From positions 1-34,547 of the forward strand of contig DLSG01000110.1 in NCBI GenBank assembly GCA_002501285.1: 34,547 nucleotides of DNA, given 5' to 3'. Origin of the DNA: Christensenella sp. UBA7868 (lineage in GTDB: Bacteria > Bacillota > Clostridia > Christensenellales > UBA1242). The position numbers and the translations under genes are program-made. Below, piece by piece: positions 15,124 to 23,273 of this stretch; the stretch's first letter is position 1; each line of letters opens with the position of its first letter. The notes under the pieces are model-generated. The model searched no databases. It was given only the letters and a program-made list of their open reading frames with translations, and was not told where the DNA came from.

Positions 15124-16782
15124 TTATAACAAATCAATTCTTCTTTTTATTTCATCTTTCCCCAAAATTTTGCAAATTTCATACAAATCTGGAGTATTTT
15201 TCTCTTTTGTAATTGCCATTCTAATAATTCCAGCAATATCCGCATAACTGCCTACATATTTATCAGGATTTTCCTTATAAACTTTCATGTCAGAGCAAAA
15301 TCCTAAATCTTCACCAAGAACTTTAATTTTCGAGAACCAAACATCTTTTTCATCAAGTTCATTATAACCATCAACATATCTTGAAAGTAAAGTTTTAATG
15401 TCGTTTAAATTAAATCTTTCTTCAAAATCATATCCAATTTTCTTATCAAATAAACTTTCAAAGAAATAATAATATAAATTTTTTATATCTTTAAAACTAG
15501 CAATATCTTTTCTTGGTTTTTTTGTTCCCCTCTCAATAGAGAACATTTTAATAGCATAATCTTTTTTATCACAAATCAAATTATATAATTCTTCATCATA
15601 TTGTTTTGAGTATGCCAAAACATCGTTATAAACTTTTTCCGCACTAAATCTACTTATTACATTTTTAGAAATATAATTCAATTTTTCATGGTCAAATTGT
15701 GCCCCACTTTTGTTCATGTTTGAAATTTTAAATTGATAATCACCCATGCTTGCAAGTGGATTATTTAATCTAAATGTTTCAAAGCCAGAGTTTAATAATA
15801 TCATTAAATATTCTCTAATTGCTTCACTAGGAATTCCCGCTTCCAAAAATTTTCTACTATCAGCCCAAGGGTCATAACGCTTACTAACTTTTCTTGCATT
15901 GCCCGTTTTTTCGTCAATTGTCAAAATTTGAGCAGTGTGCAAATATTTTGGATGAGGAAGATTAGCAAACTCAAACAATTGCATATGAAGAGGAACAGAA
16001 GGAAGCCAACTCTCATCTCTTACAACAAGTGAAGTGTGCATTAAAGTGTCGTCAACAAGGTGTGCTAGGTGATAAACCGCTTGACCATCTTCTTTTAACA
16101 AAACATAATCAATAAAGTTTTTTGGAAGCGAAATTTTTCCTCTTAATTCATCAGTAAAAACAATTCTTTGTTCGCCGTCACCATCTGCTTTAATTCTAAT
16201 TTTAAAAGGTTTATGAGCCTTTAAGTTTTCTTCAACTTCTTCTAAACTTAAATTCCTACATTTTGCCCACTCGCCATAATAACCAGTTTGAAGCCCAAGT
16301 CTTTTTTGTTCTTTTCTATAATCACAACTATCGTCTTCGTCGTCCCCACTACAAAAACATGGATAAGCCTTACCCATTCTTACCAAATCTTTACAAAAAG
16401 CCTGATAAATTTCTTTTCTTTCGCTTTGTTTATATGGTCCATAATCTCCAATTTGCAAGTCGCTACTAACATATCCTTCCATAGGTTCAACGCCAAAATC
16501 TTTTAAGCAAGGATACATTATATCAGCCGCACCTTTAACTTCACGTTTTTCATCTGTGTCTTCTATTCTAAGCAAAAACACACCGCCACTTTGCTCTGCA
16601 AGAGTTTTGTTAAGTAGTGCTTGATAAACAGTTCCTATATGTAAATATCCTGTTGGACTTGGTGCCACACGTGTAACCAAAGCACCTTCCTTCAAATCTC
16701 TTTTAGGATATTTCTTTAAATAATATTCAATATTTTTATCTATGTTTGGAAATAACATTTCCGCTAATTTTTCGTAATCCAT
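15124..16782 (-). CDS. gltX: Glutamate--tRNA ligase (class I aaRS, long 552-aa form)
   Basis: HIGH region 'PSPTGYLHIGT', 'LLRIEDTD', KMSKS-like 'KVSKR'. SD AAAGGGGA. Confidence 0.85.
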   Translation of the reverse strand: MDYEKLAEMLFPNIDKNIEYYLKKYPKRDLKEGALVTRVAPSPTGYLHIGTVYQALLNKTLAEQSGGVFLLRIEDTDEKREVKGAADIMYPCLKDFGVEPMEGYVSSDLQIGDYGPYKQSERKEIYQAFCKDLVRMGKAYPCFCSGDDEDDSCDYRKEQKRLGLQTGYYGEWAKCRNLSLEEVEENLKAHKPFKIRIKADGDGEQRIVFTDELRGKISLPKNFIDYVLLKEDGQAVYHLAHLVDDTLMHTSLVVRDESWLPSVPLHMQLFEFANLPHPKYLHTAQILTIDEKTGNARKVSKRYDPWADSRKFLEAGIPSEAIREYLMILLNSGFETFRLNNPLASMGDYQFKISNMNKSGAQFDHEKLNYISKNVISRFSAEKVYNDVLAYSKQYDEELYNLICDKKDYAIKMFSIERGTKKPRKDIASFKDIKNLYYYFFESLFDKKIGYDFEERFNLNDIKTLLSRYVDGYNELDEKDVWFSKIKVLGEDLGFCSDMKVYKENPDKYVGSYADIAGIIRMAITKEKNTPDLYEICKILGKDEIKRRIDLL

Positions 16783-16821
16783 AAAATCCCCTTTTGTATA
16801 ATAATTTTACCTTAAAATTAT

Positions 16822-16844
16822 AAAAAAGGCAACAAAAGTTGCCC
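16822..16844 (-). terminator. Rho-independent terminator after the lipoprotein operon
   Basis: The minus strand reads GGCAAC-TTTT-GTTGCC followed by T6 (plus-strand A-run 16822-16827). It lies 14 nt after the stop at 16858. Confidence 0.75.
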
Positions 16845-16857
16845 GTTATTTAACAAA

Positions 16858-17895
16858 TTATAAACTTTTTAAATAAGAAATTAATTTGTTAGAATAATCT
16901 AAAAGTTTGTTTTTGTAACTTTCAATAAATTCTTGTTTATATTTGTCTTCTTCTTTAATTGAAGAGAAAACTTCTTTTTTATTTTTTTCTAATAAATCGT
17001 CAAAAATTTCTGATTGTTTTTTAACGCCATCTTCTAAAACTCTTGAAATTTTATAACCTTCAAGTTTTTCACTTTCTGTTACATCATCACTTTTTAAAGA
17101 AATTTGAAGTGATAGAATTTCTTTCAAATTCGAAATTAATTCTTTATTTTCAAGTGCGTTATTTTTAATATTGATTGAATAATTTAAAATATAATCTGAA
17201 ATTAATAAACTACAATCGTTAATAAGTTGATTGTTCGCAGAATAATCAATCGTTACATTTCCGCCATAAAGTAAATCGTCAACAGATATAATTTTAACTA
17301 TATCATTATTAACCGCATCGCCATAAACTTTATTAAATTCAAGCAAATCTTTTAAACATTTATTTAAACTGTTGTAATAATTTGTTAAGTTATATTTTGC
17401 AATATCTTCTTTAGCAATAATCATATAAGATTTTGAACTATTGTTAAAAACATTTTCAAGAGAGCGTTTTGTACTGTTTAAACTTCCAATGTGTGATTGT
17501 AAATTTTCAAGTTGAATATACATATTCTTTTTATATTCTTTTCGTGTTTGAGCGTTATTTGTAACGGACAAAACATCATTTGTTAAATATGTAGAATTAA
17601 TTCCTCTATACAAAATTCCATAAACACCAAGATTGTCAAAACTCATTCTATCATCATTAGATAATAAATTGTTAAAATCAGTAAGGTCGTCATCACTAAT
17701 TGCAAGTGTTAATTTTTCGCTTTGATAATTTGGGTTAAACACATCTCCCACAAAAACATTTTCATTGTTTAAACTTATGTAATTATACTTTTCTTGAATA
17801 GAAAGAAGTGTTGCATTATCGGCATGAGTACAACCACTTAAAACAGCCACAATTAAAACAAGAAAACTTAAAACTAATGTACTAAACTTTTTCAT
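16858..17895 (-). CDS. Lipoprotein, function unknown (345 aa)
   Basis: Signal peptide with lipobox 'VAVLSGC'. SD AAGGAGG. Overlaps the upstream gene by 14 nt. Confidence 0.75.
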   Translation of the reverse strand: MKKFSTLVLSFLVLIVAVLSGCTHADNATLLSIQEKYNYISLNNENVFVGDVFNPNYQSEKLTLAISDDDLTDFNNLLSNDDRMSFDNLGVYGILYRGINSTYLTNDVLSVTNNAQTRKEYKKNMYIQLENLQSHIGSLNSTKRSLENVFNNSSKSYMIIAKEDIAKYNLTNYYNSLNKCLKDLLEFNKVYGDAVNNDIVKIISVDDLLYGGNVTIDYSANNQLINDCSLLISDYILNYSINIKNNALENKELISNLKEILSLQISLKSDDVTESEKLEGYKISRVLEDGVKKQSEIFDDLLEKNKKEVFSSIKEEDKYKQEFIESYKNKLLDYSNKLISYLKSL

Positions 17896-18733
17896 AATAA
17901 GCCTCCTTATTTATGTAAGACAATAAAAGATTGAAATCTGAAAAACTTACTTTATTTTCTCCGCCAATATATTCATCGCTTTCAAAATATTCATTAAAAC
18001 AAGTTTGCCACTCAGCCTTTGTATATTTGTTATACAAAACAACAAATTTAACCATTTCGTTATCTATTTTATCTTTATTCTGATTTAACAATTCAATTTT
18101 AGCGTTCATGCTTATTACTAAATCCGCATTTTTCATGCTAGAACTTAAACTAGCATTTGTTAAAATATTTTTCATTCTAACAAGATTAAATTCAGGATCA
18201 TAACTTTTTCCAGCATAAATTTTGTTTTCGCTAATTTCAAGCATATCATCATTTAATTTTAAAAATTTACTTATAACAATGTTAAATTTTTCATTAGCCT
18301 TGTTTTCTCTTCCAGTAAGTTCAGTGTCATTTCGCTCACTTGAAGGCAAATCTAAATAAGCCTTTAAACTAGCCAAAGCATTATCTAAATCTTTTAGACT
18401 TTCACCAAATTCTTTAAATCCGTTTTTAATAATATTTGCTTCTTGTGCATTTAAAGTTGTTGAACTTAACAAATTTTCCGCATAAACAAGCCCATTTTTA
18501 ATTGATTTATAAATTTCATAATTTTGTGAATATTTATCATAATTCAAACTTGTAGAACTCATTTTTTGTTTTACAACATCAATATTGTTCTCCGCTTCTT
18601 GATTTGACTTATTTTGATTAATCACAAAAGTTTCAACAACAAAAGGTGCATTTTTGTTTACAAGTGCGAAAATTCCAAATCCAATTCCGCAAACTATAAT
18701 CAAAACCACCAAAAGTCTAACTACGTGTTTCAT
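17882..18733 (-). CDS. N-terminally membrane-anchored protein, function unknown (283 aa)
   Basis: 'MKHVVRLLVVLIIVCGIGFGIFALV' signal anchor. SD AGGAGAG. Overlaps the DUF1858 gene by 17 nt. Confidence 0.65.
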   Translation of the reverse strand: MKHVVRLLVVLIIVCGIGFGIFALVNKNAPFVVETFVINQNKSNQEAENNIDVVKQKMSSTSLNYDKYSQNYEIYKSIKNGLVYAENLLSSTTLNAQEANIIKNGFKEFGESLKDLDNALASLKAYLDLPSSERNDTELTGRENKANEKFNIVISKFLKLNDDMLEISENKIYAGKSYDPEFNLVRMKNILTNASLSSSMKNADLVISMNAKIELLNQNKDKIDNEMVKFVVLYNKYTKAEWQTCFNEYFESDEYIGGENKVSFSDFNLLLSYINKEAYYEKV

Positions 18734-18941
18734 TTTCTCTCCTGTATGCTTCGTTTAATTTTTCTAAAACTAAATTTATGTCAATTCCATGACCTTCGCA
18801 AGCCTCTTCCAAAGTTTCCATAACCGAATGTGGACAGTGCAAACAATGCATTCCAAATCCAAGTAAAATTGGTTCAGCCTCATCTACAAAATCAAGAATA
18901 TCAGCTAGTATTGTATCTTTATTAATTTTAAATTCTTCCAT
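18717..18941 (-). CDS. DUF1858 / hybrid-cluster-protein-associated redox disulfide domain protein (74 aa)
   Basis: 'ILLGFGMHCLHCPHSVMETLEEACEGHGIDINLVLEKLNE' matches the fGMhC.gCP....etleeA...HGid signature. SD AAGGAGA. Confidence 0.7.
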   Translation of the reverse strand: MEEFKINKDTILADILDFVDEAEPILLGFGMHCLHCPHSVMETLEEACEGHGIDINLVLEKLNEAYRRENETRS

Positions 18942-19132
18942 AATAATCTCCTTTATATTTTAAATTATATAATTTATTCTTTATTTTGTCAATATGTGGA
19001 AATAACTTTATTTCATAAAATTAAAGTGCAATCAAATAAAATCATATAAATATTTCTCAAACAATAAAAGTTTTAATCATATAAAATTTAAAAATTTAAT
19101 TTTCATTTTGTTTCAACTAAATTTATTTGTTA

Positions 19133-20254
19133 TTAATGAATAATAACGCTTTTACAATTTGGGCAAACAAAATCGGTTTTTCTTACTTCACACCCGCAAT
19201 TTTCACAAACTTCTTTTTCGATAAAACTTTTTCCGCAAACAAAGCACCTTGTGCTACTAGACGGAAGTTTCGCCCCACAGTTATCACACACAAAATAAGC
19301 CACATTTTCAGTTTTAATATCGTCTAAATTATAAATCGACTTTTTCTTAAAACCATAACCCGAATTCTCATTATCCCCGCCTTTATTTTCATTTTGTTTA
19401 ATCGAGTTTTCAATACCCACTTCGTTAAGTGACAATATTTTATCATTAATATTTTGAAAATTATCCTCAATATTAACGTTTTTTCCGCTAAAATCATCAT
19501 TTATATTGTCAAAATTTTGATTTTCTCTAATCTTTTCATTTTCGCCGTCAAAACTATTCTCTTCGCCAAATTTATATCCATAATCTAAATCATAATTATC
19601 ATCACTATTTACTTTTTCACCAATTGTTTCCAAATTTTTTATGTCTTTTCCGTCATCTTTAAGTTCAAATTCAATAATTTCTACTCCAATTTGTTTAAGT
19701 TTGGTTACAACATAATTTTCTATTTTCTCTTTATAGTTATTTTTGTTATCTAAAACATAATAATAAATTAATTGACTTGTATAAAAAGTTAGTTCTTTAA
19801 AAGCATAATCATTTTCAAATACAATTTGTTCTAAAAACAAAAATTCTAAAAACTTTTTAGGATTAAAAATCTTTACTTTAAAACAATATTCAATTTCTTT
19901 TTTAAGTCTTTCAATAAACACACCATCTTTAATTATGGTTTCACTTAAATTAACATAATAAATGTCAGCGTTAAATTCAGTTTTATATCCCTTTTTTGTT
20001 GGCTTATCTAATTTGTTAATTTTACAGACCTTTGGAAAATTGAGCCCACTAATTTCAAATTCTCCACTAGGCACTTCATCTAAAAGTTTTTCACGGCTTA
20101 AAAAAACAGCACAAAAACTATCCGGCACAACAATTTTGCTTGAAAGTTTAATTTTGTGCTTTGGCATAAGCATAACAACCAAATTATCTCTATTTTTCAC
20201 ATCTAATTCATATTTAATTTCTTTTTTCTTAAAAAGTTTGCTAAAAATACCCAT
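19133..20254 (-). CDS. SPFH-like (COG4260 / YdjI 'virion core protein-like') protein with a D/N/E-rich linker and two C-terminal zinc ribbons
   Basis: The N-terminus 'KLSSKIVVPDSFCAVFLSREKLLDEVPSGEFEISGLNFP...FNADIYYVNLS' is patterned like YdjI. The C-terminus carries 'CDNCGAKLPSSSTRCFVCG' and 'CENCGCEVRKTDFVCPNCK'. Confidence 0.55.
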   Translation of the reverse strand: MGIFSKLFKKKEIKYELDVKNRDNLVVMLMPKHKIKLSSKIVVPDSFCAVFLSREKLLDEVPSGEFEISGLNFPKVCKINKLDKPTKKGYKTEFNADIYYVNLSETIIKDGVFIERLKKEIEYCFKVKIFNPKKFLEFLFLEQIVFENDYAFKELTFYTSQLIYYYVLDNKNNYKEKIENYVVTKLKQIGVEIIEFELKDDGKDIKNLETIGEKVNSDDNYDLDYGYKFGEENSFDGENEKIRENQNFDNINDDFSGKNVNIEDNFQNINDKILSLNEVGIENSIKQNENKGGDNENSGYGFKKKSIYNLDDIKTENVAYFVCDNCGAKLPSSSTRCFVCGKSFIEKEVCENCGCEVRKTDFVCPNCKSVIIH

Positions 20255-20261
20255 TAAAAAA

Positions 20262-20270
20262 ATTATATCA
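20262..20270 (-). promoter_or_regulatory. Extended -10 promoter (TGaTATAAT) 7 nt upstream of the ATG at 20254, suggesting a leaderless mRNA
   Basis: The minus strand reads ...TTTGTGATATAATTTTTTTAATG. No SD can fit between the -10 and the ATG. Confidence 0.5.
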
Positions 20271-20350
20271 CAAAATAAAGTAAATTCAATCGTTTTGTTA
20301 ATAAAAACGCAAACTTCCGCATATTGTATAATAAATTCTAGGAGGATTCA

Positions 20351-21325
20351 ATGATTAATTTAACCGATATTTTAACTAAACCAGTTTTAAGTTTAAGTTG
20401 CACAAAATGTGAAGGGATTGTAAAGTCTGCAATATTTAATCACAATTTTAAAAGACTTAAATATCTTGTATTATTTGATGAAGAAGAAGATTTAGAAGAC
20501 AAAGTTTTGCATTACTCTTCAATTTTTTCAAACGGCGAAAATGCAATTGTCATTAAAGATGACCAATACTTAACCCCACTTTCAGCAAGTTTAAATGCAT
20601 TAGACAAGCCTTCTCCAATAAACAGTAAGGTTTACACTTTTTTAGGCAAATATTTAGGAACTATTCAAGAAGTTGTTCTATCGGATTCTTTTTTTGTTCA
20701 TTCAATAAAAACCGCAAATCAAGAAATTTTATCGACTGACATAATTTCTTTTGGTGAAAATGTTATTTTTGTTCAAGACGAAAATAAAAAAGCAAAAATA
20801 TCAAGTTTAAAAAAGAGGAAATCTAATTGCGTAAAAATTCAAGATATAAAAGTTTCAGCCGACCAAAAAGTGTATATTTTGTCACCTACAAGTAGTAGCA
20901 AAAAAAATTCAAAAAAAACTCAAACTTTGCAGCCAGATAGCACCGTTTTAAACGCAAAACCACAAAATATCAACCTAAACGAAAACATCGAAAAAGATGC
21001 CGAAGCAGAAGATATCTCAATTTCGCCAATTACGCCTACAGAAATAAATTCAAGCGAAGATGCCTCAAATTTAGACGAATTAAATAATTCTGCTCAAACT
21101 GCACCAGAAAAGCCAAAACTCGTTTATTCCCTAACCGAAGAGCCATCAAAACCAGGACTGGTTATTTCAAATTTTGAATTTTTAATTGGAAGAAAATTAG
21201 AACAAAATATATACTCTTCAAACAACGAATTAATAGCACGAAAAAACACAAAAATAACAACAGACACAATAATCAAAGCACGATTATTTAATAAAACTCG
21301 TGAACTCGTAAAATTTTCTCGTTAA
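20351..21325 (+). CDS. PRC-barrel (YlmC/YmxH-like) repeat protein with a low-complexity linker (324 aa)
   Basis: There are two segments of the type 'L..PV.....C.K.G.V......'. The C-terminus 'LIGRKLEQNIYSSNNELIARKNTKITTDTIIKA' resembles PRC-barrel proteins of Firmicutes. SD TAGGAGGA, with a TATAAT upstream. Confidence 0.4.
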   Translation: MINLTDILTKPVLSLSCTKCEGIVKSAIFNHNFKRLKYLVLFDEEEDLEDKVLHYSSIFSNGENAIVIKDDQYLTPLSASLNALDKPSPINSKVYTFLGKYLGTIQEVVLSDSFFVHSIKTANQEILSTDIISFGENVIFVQDENKKAKISSLKKRKSNCVKIQDIKVSADQKVYILSPTSSSKKNSKKTQTLQPDSTVLNAKPQNINLNENIEKDAEAEDISISPITPTEINSSEDASNLDELNNSAQTAPEKPKLVYSLTEEPSKPGLVISNFEFLIGRKLEQNIYSSNNELIARKNTKITTDTIIKARLFNKTRELVKFSR

Positions 21326-21351
21326 AAACAAACATAAAACTATAAATCAAT

Positions 21352-21383
21352 AAAAAACACTAGGAAAAATTCCTAGTGTTTTT
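21352..21383. terminator. Bidirectional Rho-independent terminator between convergent genes
   Basis: A6, stem CACTAGGA (21358-21365), loop AAAAT, stem TCCTAGTG (21371-21378), T5. Confidence 0.8.
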
Positions 21384-21387
21384 ACAA

Positions 21388-21636
21388 CTAATCAATTTCC
21401 AAATCATTAAAATCAAAAAGTTTACTATCAAAAAATTCTTGCATACTTAATCCAAGTTCACGAATAATTAATGCCATGTTTTTAAAATTTGGAGTTTGAT
21501 ATTTACAATTTAAAATATCTGTAAGCGTACTATGATACAATCCTGTTTGTTGACCAAGTTTGTATTGTGTTATTCCCTTCTCTTTTAATATTTCTCTAAC
21601 CCTTAATGCAAAAGCCTTATTAAGTTTCATTTTCAC
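21388..21636 (-). CDS. XRE-family helix-turn-helix transcriptional regulator (82 aa)
   Basis: 'LRVREILKEKGITQYKLGQQTGLYHSTLTDILN' is an HTH_3-type motif. SD AGGGGAAG. Confidence 0.8.
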   Translation of the reverse strand: MKMKLNKAFALRVREILKEKGITQYKLGQQTGLYHSTLTDILNCKYQTPNFKNMALIIRELGLSMQEFFDSKLFDFNDLEID

Positions 21637-21736
21637 TTCCCCTATATAGTGTTTTCACTACATACATATTACTTTACATATACGGAAAAACTATTTAAGG
21701 AAAAACGGACTTTTTTGTAATATTTGAATTTTTTTA

Positions 21737-21745
21737 TGCTATAAT
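21737..21745 (+). promoter_or_regulatory. Extended -10 promoter (TGcTATAAT) for the SLOG/DUF1273 gene
   Basis: TG at 21737-21738 and TATAAT at 21740-21745, followed about 27 nt later by SD AAAGGAGA and the ATG at 21788. Confidence 0.5.
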
Positions 21746-21787
21746 AGGCATGGAAAACCCGAAACAGTATAAAAAGGAGAATAACAA

Positions 21788-22357
21788 ATGAGAATTAATG
21801 AAAAAAAACTATTAAATCAATCCAAACAAAAAATTAGCAAAATTATTAACATATTAAAATCTAAAACCTGTTGTTTTACTGGTCACAGACCACAAAATTT
21901 ACCTTGGGGCGAGAACGAAGAGGATTTTAGATGCCAATTAATGAAAATTCATTTAAAAGACGAAATTATCAAATCTATCAATTATGGTTATGTTTATTTT
22001 ATTTCTGGCATGGCTCTGGGTTTTGATATCATTGCCGCTGAAACCATTTTACAACTCAAAAAGGATTTTCCTCAAATCAAACTTATTGCCGCACTCCCTT
22101 GCAAAGATCAGTATAAGTTATGGAAAAATTATCAGATTGAAAGATATCAAGAAATACTTTCTAAATGTGATAGTATTCGCTGTTTATATGGAACATATAA
22201 TAACAAATGTATGCTAGAAAGAAATATGTATATGCTAAACAATTCTTCACAAGTAATTAGTCTTTATAATGGTAAAGGTGGCGGAACTCTTTACACTTTA
22301 AAAAAAGCAAAAGATTTGGATTTAAAAATAATATTAATAAAATGTAATTTAATTTGA
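21788..22357 (+). CDS. SLOG-superfamily DUF1273 (YpsA-like) protein (189 aa)
   Basis: 'CCFTGHRPQNLPWG', 'FISGMALGFDIIAAE', 'LIAALPC', 'ERNMYMLNNS'. TGA stop at 22355. Confidence 0.7.
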   Translation: MRINEKKLLNQSKQKISKIINILKSKTCCFTGHRPQNLPWGENEEDFRCQLMKIHLKDEIIKSINYGYVYFISGMALGFDIIAAETILQLKKDFPQIKLIAALPCKDQYKLWKNYQIERYQEILSKCDSIRCLYGTYNNKCMLERNMYMLNNSSQVISLYNGKGGGTLYTLKKAKDLDLKIILIKCNLI

Positions 22358-22375
22358 TTAAAATTTTTTAACTAT

Positions 22376-22415
22376 AAAAAAGAGCACATTTTAGAAAATA
22401 AAATGTGCTCTTTTT
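22376..22415. terminator. Strong bidirectional terminator closing both the SLOG gene and the phage-like late/lysis operon
   Basis: A5, 12-bp stem AGAGCACATTTT (22381-22392), loop AGAAAAT, stem AAAATGTGCTCT (22400-22411), T-run. Confidence 0.85.
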
Positions 22416-22441
22416 ATTAATTTAATTTTATCTTCAAATTT

Positions 22442-22768
22442 TTAATCCAAATTTTCAGGTAAAACATCTTCTATGCTTTCTTTTTCAGTTTTTGATTCTT
22501 TAGTAGTGTTTTGATCATCTTCCTCTTTTGCTTCATTTTTGTTTTCTTTGGAAAATTCTTCTAAATCTTCTTTTGTTTTAATATCTTTGTCTGTTTTATC
22601 TTTATCAACAACACCAATTGTAACCATAAGTCCAATCAATGCCACCGAAATTGATATTACGGCTTCAATATTCAAATTTATTTTGAAAACATCCATTAAA
22701 ACTTCAAGTAAAACAACAACACTTGCCAAAACGGTCATCAAAAACTTATAATTCAAAAATTTTTTCAT
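22442..22768 (-). CDS. Phage holin, phi LC3/holin_4_1-like (108 aa) with an acidic C-terminal tail
   Basis: Two TM segments 'FLMTVLASVVVLLEVLMDVF' and 'AVISISVALIGLMVTIGVVDKDKT' fit the ...a.l.lL..lGiv.D.t pattern of this holin family. It is the last gene of the operon. Confidence 0.55.
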   Translation of the reverse strand: MKKFLNYKFLMTVLASVVVLLEVLMDVFKINLNIEAVISISVALIGLMVTIGVVDKDKTDKDIKTKEDLEEFSKENKNEAKEEDDQNTTKESKTEKESIEDVLPENLD

Positions 22769-22779
22769 AATTTTATCCT

Positions 22780-23019
22780 TTAAACCACTTTGGTTTTATT
22801 TTTTGCTCTAATTTTAGAATTTTCAATGTCCTCTTTAATTTCTTCAACATTTTTTTCAATATTTTCAACAGCATCTAAATGCCTATTCAAACTTTCAATC
22901 GTCTGAATATATTTTTTTTCACGCTTACTGCTGTCTTTCAATTGAAATATTAAAAGACCTAAAAACAACACCGCAAAAAGTCCATTTTGTATGGCCAAAT
23001 TAACTATTTGTTCCCACAT
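22780..23019 (-). CDS. BhlA/UviB-family holin-like protein (79 aa)
   Basis: 'NGLFAVLFLGLLIFQLKDSSKREKKYIQTIESLNRHL' aligns by eye with B. licheniformis BhlA 'QGPFAVLFCWLLFYVMKTSKERESKLYNQIDSQNEVL'. Confidence 0.7.
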   Translation of the reverse strand: MWEQIVNLAIQNGLFAVLFLGLLIFQLKDSSKREKKYIQTIESLNRHLDAVENIEKNVEEIKEDIENSKIRAKNKTKVV

Positions 23020-23045
23020 AAAACACTCTTTTTAAATATTGTAAG

Positions 23046-23273
23046 TTACAAGTTTAAAGTTTTAATTTTTTTAATATCCAATGTTTCGTATGCTTCTTGT
23101 TTTTCTTTTTCAAGTTTTTCGCTATCTTCTTTTTCCGAAAAATTACATTCAAAACTTTTTAAAATTTTTTCTAAATCGTCTTTCATAAACATTCTCTCTT
23201 TTTCAAAAGTTTTATAAAATTTAATTTCAAGTTCGTTTTTAACTTTTTCTTTACTTATTAAATCCATATTCAA
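23046..23273 (-). CDS. Small acidic coiled-coil protein (75 aa), a possible tail plug/needle or assembly factor
   Basis: K/E-rich heptad-like sequence. Overlaps the end of the 524-aa gene by 23 nt. Its function is inferred from position only. Confidence 0.3.
   Translation of the reverse strand: MNMDLISKEKVKNELEIKFYKTFEKERMFMKDDLEKILKSFECNFSEKEDSEKLEKEKQEAYETLDIKKIKTLNL

Noticed and set aside
11549-16506. Plus-strand ORFs inside rnj, the membrane-protein genes and gltX (for example 11549-11776, 13028-13243, 13958-14245, 16263-16506)
   Set aside because: They are antisense to strongly supported genes, with low-complexity translations.
22355-22357. Possibility of Mycoplasma/Spiroplasma genetic code 4 (TGA as Trp), given the DUF285 protein and the AT-richness
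   Set aside because: The TGA at 22355 ends the SLOG ORF right before a terminator hairpin. All long ORFs are intact under code 11, and Trp is encoded by TGG throughout.
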